Shown: in pieces, positions 38,550 to 48,132 of the stretch
Layout of the letters: each line of letters starts with the position of its first letter
Position numbering within the stretch: the first letter of the stretch is position 1
From: a bacterium
GTDB lineage: Bacteria > Hydrothermota > 32-111
DNA length: 64,000 bases
Direction of reading: 5' to 3'
NCBI GenBank assembly: GCA_050239825.1
Contig: JBFXGO010000001.1
Location: forward strand, 64,001 to 128,000
Program-made: the position numbers and the translations under genes
Notes under the pieces: generated by a model
Told to the model about the DNA's origin: nothing
Seen by the model: the letters and a program-made list of their open reading frames with translations, nothing else
The model's database searches: none

Positions 38550-39638
38550 GTGATAAAGAAAACCGCATTTTTCGATATGCATGTTCAGAACAAAGGCAAG
38601 ATAGTACCCTTTGCCGGTTTTGAAATGCCGGTTCAGTTCAAGGGCGTCATTGATGAGATAAAAAGAGTGCGCTCAACAGTGGGAGTCTTCGATGTATCCC
38701 ACATGGGGGAATTCATAGTGACAGGAGAGAGAAGGAAGGAGTTTGTTGATTATATCACCACCAACTCTGTCGCCTCTATGGAGGACCATCAGGTTCAGTA
38801 TTCAAACTTTCTCTATGAGAACGGAGGAATAGTCGACGACCTTCTTGTCTACAACCTTAAGGATAAGATAATGCTTGTGGTGAATGCATCAAACTGCGAG
38901 AAAGATTTCGATTGGGTCATGAAAAACAGGTGGGATGATGTCATTGTCGAAAATATTTCCGACAAAATTTCACAACTGGCGGTTCAGGGTCCGGTCGCTG
39001 AAAAGGTTATTCAAAAACTAACGGACTATCCGCTTGAAAAGATGCCCTTCTACTACTGCGCCGAAACAAAGGTGTGCGGAATTGAAATGGTCATATCCCG
39101 CACCGGATACACGGGAGAGGACGGGTTTGAGCTTTACTTCTACAATGAAAACGCAAAGAAGATGTGGGACGAAATATTCAGCGCAGGCAAAGAGTTTGAC
39201 ATAGAGCCGATAGGACTGGCGGCGCGCGACACTCTGCGCCTTGAAATGAGGTATATGCTCTACGGGAATGATATAAACCAGGATACAACTCCCCTTGAAG
39301 CAGGCACAGGCTGGGCTGTCAAAATGGAGAAGGGCAAATTCATAGGAAGGGATGCTCTGATAAGGCAAAAGGAAGATGGCCTCAAGAGAAAGCTTGTTTG
39401 TTTTGAAATGCTTGATAAGGCTATACCGAGGCACGGATACGAAATATTTGCAGAAGACAAAAAAGTGGGAGAGGTGACAAGCGGAAACTTCTCACCTTCC
39501 ACCGATAAATACATAGGTCTGGGGTATGTCGATTCACCTTACAACAAACCCGGGCAGGATCTATTCATAGAGATTAGAGGAAAGAAAAAAGCAGTGGTTG
39601 TAAAACCGCCTTTCTATAAAAATGCAACACACAAATAA
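38550..39638 (+). CDS. gcvT: Glycine cleavage system aminomethyltransferase T
   Basis: FAGFEMPVQF, FDVSHMGE, SRTGYTGEDGFE, GLAARDTLRLE. Confidence 0.97.
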   Translation: MIKKTAFFDMHVQNKGKIVPFAGFEMPVQFKGVIDEIKRVRSTVGVFDVSHMGEFIVTGERRKEFVDYITTNSVASMEDHQVQYSNFLYENGGIVDDLLVYNLKDKIMLVVNASNCEKDFDWVMKNRWDDVIVENISDKISQLAVQGPVAEKVIQKLTDYPLEKMPFYYCAETKVCGIEMVISRTGYTGEDGFELYFYNENAKKMWDEIFSAGKEFDIEPIGLAARDTLRLEMRYMLYGNDINQDTTPLEAGTGWAVKMEKGKFIGRDALIRQKEDGLKRKLVCFEMLDKAIPRHGYEIFAEDKKVGEVTSGNFSPSTDKYIGLGYVDSPYNKPGQDLFIEIRGKKKAVVVKPPFYKNATHK

Positions 39639-39654
39639 CAAATGAGGAGGAACA

Positions 39655-40044
39655 ATGAATACGCCCAATAATCTTAAATACACAAAAACCCACGAATGGG
39701 TTAAAATAGAGAATGACACGGCAATTGAGGGAATAACCGATTTTGCCCAGTCGGAGCTTTCCGACATAGCATTTGTAGAGTTTCCTGAAAAGGGAAGAAA
39801 AATCGCGCAGGGTGATGTTATAGGAACGATAGAGGCGGTAAAGGCTGTCTCAGACCTTGTAGCGGCTGTATCAGGAGAGATAATCGAAGTCAACGAAGCT
39901 CTGAAAAGCTCCCCGGATAAGATAAACACAAGCGCATTTGAAGAGGGCTGGATAGTCAAAATCAAGATTTCAAATCCTGATGATGTGAAAAAGCTGATGA
40001 ACGCCGATGAGTATGCCAAGCATTGCGAAACAAGCCACCACTGA
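39655..40044 (+). CDS. gcvH: Glycine cleavage system H protein
   Basis: YTKTHEWV, GITDFAQSEL, IEAVKAVSD lipoyl lysine, GW. Confidence 0.96.
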   Translation: MNTPNNLKYTKTHEWVKIENDTAIEGITDFAQSELSDIAFVEFPEKGRKIAQGDVIGTIEAVKAVSDLVAAVSGEIIEVNEALKSSPDKINTSAFEEGWIVKIKISNPDDVKKLMNADEYAKHCETSHH

Positions 40045-40051
40045 GGGAAAA

Positions 40052-41386
40052 ATGAAATATATTCCGGCAAATGAGGCAGAGAAAGAGAGACTATTAAAAG
40101 AAATTGGAGTTTCTTCTTTTGAGAAACTTATAGATTACATTCCGAAGAGTGTGCGCGAGTGCTGTCTTAACCTTGAAAACGGGAAAAGCGAACATGAACT
40201 TTTGAGGGAGTTCAAAAAACTTGCAGACCAAAATATCACAACCGATGACAAAATCTCTTTTATGGGATGCGGCATATACGACCACTATATTCCGCCGGTG
40301 ATAAAGCATATAATCTCTCGTCCGGAGTTTTACACAGCGTATACTCCATACCAGCCGGAGGTATCGCAGGGCACCCTGCAATCAATCTATGAATACCAAT
40401 CGATGGCCTGTGAACTCTTCTCTATGGAGATAGCAAATGCTTCAATGTATGACGGAGCAACCGCAACAGCAGAAGCCTGTCACATGGCAATGTCTATCAA
40501 AAACAAACACAGGGTTCTTTTAAGCGACGGTCTTCATCCTGTCATAAAAGAGGTAATACACACCTATCTGAAAGGTCAAAATATTGAATGCGAGAGCGTG
40601 AATCTTAAAGACGGGGCTCTTGATATTGAAGATCTTAAAAATAAAGCTGGAGATGCCTATGCGGCATTCGTACTTCAGACACCCAACTTTTTTGGAGTCA
40701 TAGAGGACGGAGAAGCGATAGGAAGCATAGTGAAAGAGAAGGGAATGATGTATATAGTAAACCAGAATCCCATGTCTCTTCCTATACTTAAACCGGCTGG
40801 AAAGATGGGAGCAGACATTGCAGTGGGAGAGGCGCAGGTCTTTGGAATAAGCCAGTCATACGGCGGACCGCTTCTTGGAATGTTTACTTCAAAGAAAGAG
40901 TTTTCAAGGAGCATGCCGGGAAGAATAATCGCCAGAACAGTCGATAAAAACCAAAAGCAGGGCTTTGTGATGACTCTTCAGACAAGAGAACAGCACATCA
41001 GAAGAGAGAAGGCAACATCCAATATATGCACAAATGAGGGGCTATGCATGCTTATGGCGACAGTATATCTGGAATCAATGGGAAAAGCAGGTTTAAAGCA
41101 GGTTGCGGCAGATTCACTTCTATCAGCTCATTATCTTGCGGAACAATTGTCGAAAACAAAGGCAGAGCTTCTTCATCCCTCTCAGGAATTTTTCAATGAG
41201 TTTGCAATCAGATTAGACAATCTTGATGAAGTCTACGGGAAGATGAAAGAGAGAGGTTTTTTAATGGGCGTCAAGCTCGAAAGGTTTTCGAAGGACTACA
41301 AGAACATTCTGCTTATTGCTTCCACTGAGACTAAGAGCAAAGACGACATAGACAGTTTCATTAAAAATATGAAAGAGGTAATATGA
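40052..41386 (+). CDS. gcvPA: Glycine dehydrogenase subunit 1
   Basis: Start MKYIP at 40052; FYTAYTPYQPEVSQGTLQ, NASMYDG, LQTREQHIRREKATSNICTN. Confidence 0.96.
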   Translation: MKYIPANEAEKERLLKEIGVSSFEKLIDYIPKSVRECCLNLENGKSEHELLREFKKLADQNITTDDKISFMGCGIYDHYIPPVIKHIISRPEFYTAYTPYQPEVSQGTLQSIYEYQSMACELFSMEIANASMYDGATATAEACHMAMSIKNKHRVLLSDGLHPVIKEVIHTYLKGQNIECESVNLKDGALDIEDLKNKAGDAYAAFVLQTPNFFGVIEDGEAIGSIVKEKGMMYIVNQNPMSLPILKPAGKMGADIAVGEAQVFGISQSYGGPLLGMFTSKKEFSRSMPGRIIARTVDKNQKQGFVMTLQTREQHIRREKATSNICTNEGLCMLMATVYLESMGKAGLKQVAADSLLSAHYLAEQLSKTKAELLHPSQEFFNEFAIRLDNLDEVYGKMKERGFLMGVKLERFSKDYKNILLIASTETKSKDDIDSFIKNMKEVI

Positions 41387-41625
41387 TATTTGTTTCAACT
41401 CTTGAAATAATTACCGGTAAAACAGATGAGGCGCTTGACCTTGTAAAACATGTTAAGCCGTCGGAAGAAGTCAAGGTACTCCATTTCCTGCAGATGTTCG
41501 GCAAGCCTGATTTCTTTTTAATATTTGAAGCTCCGAATGAGGAGGTTGCCATGGATTTTGTTTTGAATTTCTCGACAGCTATGGAATCCTCAACCCAGCT
41601 TGGCGTATCGGTAGATGAGCTGTGA
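41383..41625 (+). CDS. Small GYD-like/ferredoxin-fold protein
   Basis: 80 aa; FGKPDFFLIFEAPNEE resembles GYD-domain proteins; translationally coupled on both sides. Confidence 0.55.
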   Translation: MIFVSTLEIITGKTDEALDLVKHVKPSEEVKVLHFLQMFGKPDFFLIFEAPNEEVAMDFVLNFSTAMESSTQLGVSVDEL

Positions 41626-42140
41626 TGGCTAAAGGATACATACACATATATACAGGCAGTGGCAAGGGAAAGACCACTGCGGCGTTTGGACTTGCGGTAA
41701 GGTCGCTTGGACATTCAAAGAGAGTCGCCGTCATTCAGTTTCTCAAGAACGATGTGAATTACGGAGAAGTTAAGTTCCTCTCCAACTCTGCGGCGATTTT
41801 CCAGTTCGGCTCAAAAAAATTCGTTGACCCGAAGAATCCCACCAAAGACGACATTGATCTTGCGAAAGAGGCGCTTTTGAAGAGCAGGGAAATTCTTTCT
41901 TCAGAGAGTTATGATTTGGTTATTCTGGATGAAATTATTGTTGCCGCATCATTGAAACTGATATCCGAAAATGATGTGCTTTCACTGATGAAGGGCAAGT
42001 CCGAGAGCATTGAGCTTGTTTTGACAGGCAGGGGTGCGACTGAGAGAATGATAAATGAAGCAGACCTTGTCACTGAGATGAAGGAGGTTAAGCATTATTT
42101 CAAGCAGAAAGTCAATGCGCGGGAAGGAGTTGAATATTGA
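41625..42140 (+). CDS. cobO: Cob(I)alamin adenosyltransferase (CobO/BtuR type)
   Basis: IYTGSGKGKTTAAFGLA.R, QFLK, LVILDE, ELVLTGR, ADLVTEM..VKHYF. Confidence 0.93.
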   Translation: MAKGYIHIYTGSGKGKTTAAFGLAVRSLGHSKRVAVIQFLKNDVNYGEVKFLSNSAAIFQFGSKKFVDPKNPTKDDIDLAKEALLKSREILSSESYDLVILDEIIVAASLKLISENDVLSLMKGKSESIELVLTGRGATERMINEADLVTEMKEVKHYFKQKVNAREGVEY

Positions 42141-43084
42141 ACCATCAGACTCTGCTTGTTGATTTCAAAGCAGGAAAAAGGTCTGCCCTCGCGAGAATGA
42201 TAACTCTTGTCGATAATGAAGAGCATGAAGGTCTTGAATTTTTAAAAGAGAATTACGACAAAAGAAATGATTCTTTCCGTCTCGGAATCACCGGCCCTCC
42301 GGGTGTCGGTAAATCCTCACTTATGAATCATCTTATAGAAAAGTTTGCTCAAAAATATGGAAAAGTAGGGGTTATAGCAATTGACCCTTCAAGTCCCTTC
42401 ACCGGAGGCGCGCTTCTTGGAGATAGGCTCAGAATGAACAAACTTTATGATTATGAAAATGTCTTTGTGCGTTCTCTGGCATCAAGAGGTTCTCTCGGCG
42501 GACTCTCTACATCAACCGAAAATGTCGCGCAGGTCATGGAGATTTACGGAATGGATATTGTTTTGATCGAAACAGTTGGAGTGGGGCAGTCTGAGCTTGA
42601 TGTGATGGAGATAACAGATGCTGTGGCAGTTGTATTGGTTCCTGAATCCGGAGATTCCATTCAGGCGATGAAGGCCGGATTGATGGAGATAGGAGACATC
42701 TTCATAGTAAATAAATCAGACAGAGAGGGCTCCGACAGGGCTGTTGAATTTATAAAATCATCTCTCTCCTTCAAAAAAGCAAATGAAGCAAGAGATGTTC
42801 CGGTAATAAAAACCAGCTCGCTTAAAGATGAAAACATAGACCTTTTAGTTTCAGAGATAGAGAAGACAAAGGAATACCTTACGGAATCGGGAAAGATAAC
42901 AGAGAAAAGAAAAAACAGAAGAGAGAAAGAGGTAAGGGACCTTATCAGGGATATGTTTATTAAATCTATTGACAAATACATAAAAAATATGGAAAATATA
43001 GATGCCTCTCCCTATGAGAAGGCAAAGAGCATTATGGAAAAAACAGGATTAAATATTACGGAGGATTTATGGAAAGAAAAATAA
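42137..43084 (+). CDS. meaB: MeaB/ArgK mutase-associated GTPase
   Basis: [49 protein letters not shown]. Confidence 0.95.
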   Translation: MNHQTLLVDFKAGKRSALARMITLVDNEEHEGLEFLKENYDKRNDSFRLGITGPPGVGKSSLMNHLIEKFAQKYGKVGVIAIDPSSPFTGGALLGDRLRMNKLYDYENVFVRSLASRGSLGGLSTSTENVAQVMEIYGMDIVLIETVGVGQSELDVMEITDAVAVVLVPESGDSIQAMKAGLMEIGDIFIVNKSDREGSDRAVEFIKSSLSFKKANEARDVPVIKTSSLKDENIDLLVSEIEKTKEYLTESGKITEKRKNRREKEVRDLIRDMFIKSIDKYIKNMENIDASPYEKAKSIMEKTGLNITEDLWKEK

Positions 43085-43503
43085 GAGTTTTAGTGGCTAA
43101 GCCGGGTCTCGACGGGCATGACCGCGGCGCAAAAGTCATTGCGGCCGCCTTGACCGATGCGGGAATGGAGGTTATCTATACGGGGCTTCACCAGACTCCG
43201 GAGAAGATAGTCAGAACAGCTATTGAAGAGGATGTTGATGTTATAGGCCTCTCGGTTCTTTCCGGAGCCCACATGTCGATATTTCCCAAAGTGATGGAGC
43301 TTCTGAAGAAGGAAGAAAAGAGAGACATTCTTCTCACCGGAGGCGGAATAATTCCGGCAGAGGATATGGAGGCGCTTCAAAAGATCGGAGTCGGAAAATT
43401 GTTCGGTCCCGGTTCGAAGACTCAGGACATTGCCGACTATATAGTCAACTGGCACAGTAAAAACCGAAAAAAGGAGAACACAGATGCACCTGCTTCTCAG
43501 TGA
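43069..43503 (+). CDS. Cobalamin-binding small subunit of a methylmalonyl-CoA-mutase-family enzyme
   Basis: [13 protein letters not shown] (DxHxxG), [19 protein letters not shown]. Confidence 0.93.
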   Translation: MERKIRVLVAKPGLDGHDRGAKVIAAALTDAGMEVIYTGLHQTPEKIVRTAIEEDVDVIGLSVLSGAHMSIFPKVMELLKKEEKRDILLTGGGIIPAEDMEALQKIGVGKLFGPGSKTQDIADYIVNWHSKNRKKENTDAPASQ

Positions 43504-44650
43504 AGAATTGATAGAAGTCAAAAAACTTTCCCGTCAGATTGCTGAAGAGAAAGTTAAGCCTGTCAGGGAGGAGTTTGATGAGAAGAAGGAATTTCCCTAT
43601 GAGATAATGAAATACTTGGGAAAATCAGACCTTTTCAGAGTATTTATACCTGAAGAGTATGACGGCATGGGTCTCGGAATCTCCGGTATGTCAATTGCAA
43701 CAGAGGAACTTTCGCGCGTCTGCGCGGGTATAGCCCTCGGATATGCAGGCACCGGCCTCGGCACAATGCCGATAATTTTATTTGGAAGCGAAGAACAGAA
43801 GAAGAAGTATCTTCCTCAGATTGCTTCAGGTGAGAAGCTTGCGGCATTCGGCCTAACGGAGGCAAATGCCGGGAGCGATGCTTCAAATATCCAGACGATA
43901 GCAAAAAAAGACGGTGACTATTTTGTTCTTTCCGGAACCAAGCAGTTCATAACCAATGGCGAGGTTGCTGGAATATATACTGTCATTGCAAACACCGACC
44001 CTTCAAAGGGGATAAGAGGCCTCTCCGCATTCATAGTTGAAAAGGGAAGAGAGGGATTCACATTCGGAAAGCATGAAAACAAAATGGGAATAAGGGCATC
44101 CGCAACTTCAGAGCTTGTCTTTGACAATTGCAGGGTTCATAAATCAGATATGCTTTCATCTGAGGGGCAGGGATTCAAGGTTGCAATGAAGACTCTGGAA
44201 TATTCAAGGCTCGGAGTGGGATCGCAAGCCCTCGGAATAGCACAGGGTGCATTTGAAGAGGCGGTTAAGTACGCCAATGAAAGAGTGCAGTTCAATCAGA
44301 AGATAATATCCTTCCAGATGATCCAGCAGATGATTGCTGACATGGCAATTGCAATTGAAGCGGGCAGGGCTCTTGCATACACAGGAATGAGGTATGTAGA
44401 CGGAGGCGGAGCAGATGTTGCAAAGATAGGGTCAATGATAAAAACATACTGTTCGGATATGGCGATGAAGGTCACCACCGATGCGGTTCAAGTTCTGGGC
44501 GGATACGGATACATAAAGGAGTACCCCGTGGAAAAGATGATGCGCGATGCTAAAATCACGCAGATCTATGAGGGGACAAACCAGATTCAGAGACTGGTGC
44601 TTGCACAGGAGATATTAAAAAAGGGTTGTGAGATAAACGATATGTATTAA
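43484..44650 (+). CDS. Acyl-CoA dehydrogenase
   Basis: [53 protein letters not shown]. Confidence 0.96.
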   Translation: MHLLLSEELIEVKKLSRQIAEEKVKPVREEFDEKKEFPYEIMKYLGKSDLFRVFIPEEYDGMGLGISGMSIATEELSRVCAGIALGYAGTGLGTMPIILFGSEEQKKKYLPQIASGEKLAAFGLTEANAGSDASNIQTIAKKDGDYFVLSGTKQFITNGEVAGIYTVIANTDPSKGIRGLSAFIVEKGREGFTFGKHENKMGIRASATSELVFDNCRVHKSDMLSSEGQGFKVAMKTLEYSRLGVGSQALGIAQGAFEEAVKYANERVQFNQKIISFQMIQQMIADMAIAIEAGRALAYTGMRYVDGGGADVAKIGSMIKTYCSDMAMKVTTDAVQVLGGYGYIKEYPVEKMMRDAKITQIYEGTNQIQRLVLAQEILKKGCEINDMY

Positions 44651-44662
44651 TTGGAGGTAAAG

Positions 44663-45262
44663 ATGAAAAAGGTTGTTTCAATGATTGTTTTCGGGGTTAT
44701 TCTTGTTTTTGCGGGATGCACCCTTCTTCCGTGGGTAAAGGATGCCAACAATATCTATGACTGGTTTAAAAAACCGACAGAGGATGTTGTCTATTTATAC
44801 AGAACCATAACTTATATTGACAATATAAATTTTAGCGATACAGAGAACTACCAGTTGAAATTCACCGATGTGGATGAAAATGATGATAATATCACAGTTC
44901 TTGTCAATGACGACGGCACAAACAGATACCTTGTGGCTGACAGGGATGAGAATATTATATTCTACGGAAGAGACCAGTACTTCACAGATTATGACGAAGA
45001 TGAAGTTTATCTTGAAGCGCCGGTCAATCTTGACAACTCATGGCCATGCAAAAAAGAGACAAGGTCTGTTGTTTCAATAGACACAACTGTAACTGTTGAT
45101 GCAGGGACTTTTTCAGATGTGGTGAAGGTCAAGATAATAGAGGAGGATGCCGATTATATAGGATACTACTACTGGTCTATTTCAAGAGGACTCATATATT
45201 ATGAAATAACATATGAGGATGGCTCTTATGTTAAGACGGAACTGACAGACATAGACGAGTAA
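44663..45262 (+). CDS. Hypothetical lipoprotein
   Basis: ATG 44663 after GGAGG; lipobox FAGC; TVTVDAGTFSDVVKV beta-rich motif. Confidence 0.7.
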   Translation: MKKVVSMIVFGVILVFAGCTLLPWVKDANNIYDWFKKPTEDVVYLYRTITYIDNINFSDTENYQLKFTDVDENDDNITVLVNDDGTNRYLVADRDENIIFYGRDQYFTDYDEDEVYLEAPVNLDNSWPCKKETRSVVSIDTTVTVDAGTFSDVVKVKIIEEDADYIGYYYWSISRGLIYYEITYEDGSYVKTELTDIDE

Positions 45263-45266
45263 AAAA

Positions 45267-46985
45267 ATGGAACTCTTCAATATAAGGGACCTGCCTGAAG
45301 CTTCGGCAAAAAAATTCGGAAGCAAGATAGCTCTGCAGATAAAATCCGGCTACTCATTCTCATCAGTGACTTACGAACAGCTCAACATAAAGACATCACA
45401 GCTTGCGGAGTATCTGATGAGCATTGGAATAAAAAAAGGCGACGCCTTTGCTGTATATGGAGAGAACAGGCCGGAATGGGCGATAGCATATCTCTCAATA
45501 GCCCGCACCGGAGCATACATAATTCCGATAGACTCAATGCTGAAAGAGCAGGAGATAAAACTTATACTCCATTTCATAGGAGCAAAGGGAATTATTGTCT
45601 CTCCCAGATACAATGATATTATAAGGGAAATAAAAGAGGATCTGCCGGAGCTGAAAAGCGTAATTTCAATGGACGAAGCAAAACATCCCTATGAAATGCC
45701 GTTTAATGAAGCTCTTGAAAAGGGGCGGATTCTCATTGAAAATGGTTCATTGAAGCACAGAGAAGTTAAAATGGAGCTTGACGACCCTTATGTAATACTC
45801 TTCACATCAGGGACCACAGGCCAGTCAAAAGGAGTTATGCTCACCAACAGAAATGTTTCGCATGACATCGTAAAAGCGACAAAACTCATAGAATTCAGCG
45901 AAAGCGACAGATTCATTTCAATGCTACCGCTTCACCACACATTTGAAGCGACAGCGGGTTTTCTCGTGCCTCTCTTTTCCGGTTGCACAATAACATACGC
46001 TCGTTCTTTGAAGCCGGTTGAAATAATTGAGGACATAAAGGATTCCCAGTCAACCATAATGCTGGGTGTGCCCCTCCTCTTTGAAAAACTAATATTGGGG
46101 ATAAAGAGAGCGATAAAAGCCTCTCTTGTTAAATCAACGGTTGTGAACGGAATGCTTGCAGTTGAAAAAGGCTCAAAATTTCTCTTGGGAGTAAAGCTCG
46201 CAGGTCCGATCTTCAAGAGCCTCAGAGACCAGTCGGGATTATCTACAATAAATCTCATGATATCGGGCGGCTCTGCATTAAAACCTGAGGTTGCTCAGGC
46301 ATTTGAGGATTTCGGATTCACTCTCTTTCAGGGTTACGGATTAACCGAGACATCGCCTATTGTAACAATAAATCCGAGAAATAAATACAAACACGCATCC
46401 ATAGGGGTGGCTATTGAAGGAGTCGAAGTTGAAATAGATTCTCCAAATGAAAACGGAGAGGGCGAGATAAAGGTTAAGGGACCAATAGTGATGAAAGGAT
46501 ATTACAATAACAAGACAGCTACGGACGAGGTCATAAAAGACAACTGGTTCTATACAGGAGATGTCGGTTACAAAGACAAAGAGGGATATTTCTACATCTC
46601 CGGCAGGAAGAAGGCGATAATAGTCACGGAGGCTGGGAAGAATGTCTATCCGGAGGAGCTTGAAGAGAGACTCTGTGAAAGCAACATGATTGAGGAGGCT
46701 CTTGTGCTTCCGGTCATAAACAATCAATCGAAGCGCGAGGAGGTGGGAGCCATAATCTATCCGAATCCGGAGCTTATAGAATCGGTGCTGAAGAAAAACA
46801 TGAGCGAAGAGGAGAATGAAAAAGAGCTGAGACAAATCATTAAAGAGGTCATCAATTCTGTCTCCGAAGAGGTCGCGGATTACAAGAGAATCAAGCATTT
46901 TGAGTTAAGGTATGAAGAGTTTCCAAAGACAACCACAAAAAAGATCAAGCGCTATCTTTTTATCAATAAGCATATTAACGGTTAG
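45267..46985 (+). CDS. Long-chain fatty acid-CoA ligase (AMP-binding)
   Basis: FTSGTTGQSKGVML, QGYGLTETSP, WFYTGD.G, ISGRKK, GKNVYPEE. Confidence 0.94.
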   Translation: MELFNIRDLPEASAKKFGSKIALQIKSGYSFSSVTYEQLNIKTSQLAEYLMSIGIKKGDAFAVYGENRPEWAIAYLSIARTGAYIIPIDSMLKEQEIKLILHFIGAKGIIVSPRYNDIIREIKEDLPELKSVISMDEAKHPYEMPFNEALEKGRILIENGSLKHREVKMELDDPYVILFTSGTTGQSKGVMLTNRNVSHDIVKATKLIEFSESDRFISMLPLHHTFEATAGFLVPLFSGCTITYARSLKPVEIIEDIKDSQSTIMLGVPLLFEKLILGIKRAIKASLVKSTVVNGMLAVEKGSKFLLGVKLAGPIFKSLRDQSGLSTINLMISGGSALKPEVAQAFEDFGFTLFQGYGLTETSPIVTINPRNKYKHASIGVAIEGVEVEIDSPNENGEGEIKVKGPIVMKGYYNNKTATDEVIKDNWFYTGDVGYKDKEGYFYISGRKKAIIVTEAGKNVYPEELEERLCESNMIEEALVLPVINNQSKREEVGAIIYPNPELIESVLKKNMSEEENEKELRQIIKEVINSVSEEVADYKRIKHFELRYEEFPKTTTKKIKRYLFINKHING

Positions 46986-47406
46986 CCTCTTTTTGTCAGG
47001 CTGCGTTTACTCTTTTGTAAAGGGAACAATCTCTATAAAGGAGTATTATTTGGGTTCTATTCAAAACAGTTCGCTCAATGCCGAATTACAACCTCTGATT
47101 TATGATGCTCTTCAAAAACAGATGCCCCAATATGGCAATATTGAAATTCTTGAAACAGGGGATGCGAAGGACACTCTATCTGTTGAAATAAAGGAGTATT
47201 CAAGAAAGGAGGATGCCTATGACGGGAAAGGCAACATCCTTTCATACAGGTATTCTTTGTTTGTCGAGTATATTGCCTCAAATAAAAAAATGCTGGTAAG
47301 CTCTATAAAAACATTTGATTCCTCTTTAAGCGAAGAAGAGTGCAAGGATTCCATTGCAAATGAATCTGTAAAAGGATTCATAGATAAATTGAGAGGTGAT
47401 TTTTGA
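46912..47406 (+). CDS. LptE-like lipoprotein (start uncertain)
   Basis: Lipobox LSGC followed by VYSF..G; about 160 aa; resembles FCB-type LptE. Confidence 0.55.
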   Translation: MKSFQRQPQKRSSAIFLSISILTVSLFLSGCVYSFVKGTISIKEYYLGSIQNSSLNAELQPLIYDALQKQMPQYGNIEILETGDAKDTLSVEIKEYSRKEDAYDGKGNILSYRYSLFVEYIASNKKMLVSSIKTFDSSLSEEECKDSIANESVKGFIDKLRGDF

Positions 47407-47490
47407 ATAAGTGTATGAAAATAAAACACTTGACTTTTAAAAGATTTGTTATAAAATCTAAAAACTGAAATAATAACACAAGGGGGAACA

Positions 47491-47778
47491 ATGACTGTAA
47501 CCAAAGCTGATGTTATTGACATTATAGCGGAGAAGACAGGAGTAATGAGAAAAGATGTTGAAATGTGCTTTCAGGCACTCATTGATGTAATATCTGAAAC
47601 TCTTGAAAAAAAAGACAGAATTGAGATAAGAGGACTCGGTGTCTTCAAGACAAAAAAGAGAAGCAAGAGAATAGCGCGCCATCCTAAGACAGGCGCAAAG
47701 GTTGAGGTGCCGGAGAGGTATGTGCCTGCATTTAAACCTTCCAAACTTCTAAAAGAAAGAATGGAAAAGGTAAAGTAA
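47491..47778 (+). CDS. HU/IHF family DNA-binding protein
   Basis: VTKADVID.IA, RIEIRGLGVF, RIARHPKTG, VPAFKPSK.LK. Confidence 0.95.
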   Translation: MTVTKADVIDIIAEKTGVMRKDVEMCFQALIDVISETLEKKDRIEIRGLGVFKTKKRSKRIARHPKTGAKVEVPERYVPAFKPSKLLKERMEKVK

Positions 47779-47790
47779 GAAAAATAATAA

Positions 47791-47818
47791 GGTACCGGGT
47801 ACTAGGTACTGGGTACTA
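47791..47818. repeat. Heptamer tandem repeat (GGTACYR x4)
   Basis: ggtaccg ggtacta ggtactg ggtacta between the HU gene and bS22. Confidence 0.85.
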
Positions 47819-47837
47819 TAAACACAGGAGGTAAAAA

Positions 47838-47927
47838 GTGCCGTGCGGTAGAAAAAGAAAGAGAAAAAAGATAGCGACCCACAAGAGGAAGAAGAGAAGA
47901 AAAGCAATGCGTCATAAGAAGAAGTAA
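47838..47927 (+). CDS. Small ribosomal protein bS22 (AURKAIP1/COX24-like), 29 aa
   Basis: GTG after AGGAGG: MPCGRKRKRKKIATHKRKKRRKAMRHKKK*, closely resembling Bacteroidota bS22; not in ORF track. Confidence 0.88.
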   Translation: MPCGRKRKRKKIATHKRKKRRKAMRHKKK

Positions 47928-47928
47928 T

Positions 47929-48002
47929 GCACCCGTAGCTCAACTGGACAGAGCGGCGGATTCCGGTTCCGCAGGTTGAAGGTTCGAATCCTTTCGGGTG
48001 TA
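47929..48002 (+). tRNA. tRNA-Arg(CCG) (CCA not encoded)
   Basis: GCACCCG/CGGGTGT acceptor; GCGGA-TT CCG GT-TCCGC anticodon arm; GGTTCGAATCC T arm. Confidence 0.95.
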
Positions 48003-48132
48003 AAATAAGGTATTGACTTTTTTATAATTCTGTATAATAATATATAAAAAAGAAGGAGGAAAAATTAATAAGAGCGGTCTTGTTAAAAAATCAGTTTTCA
48101 AAGGAAACATGTTAAACCAAATAGGAGGTACA

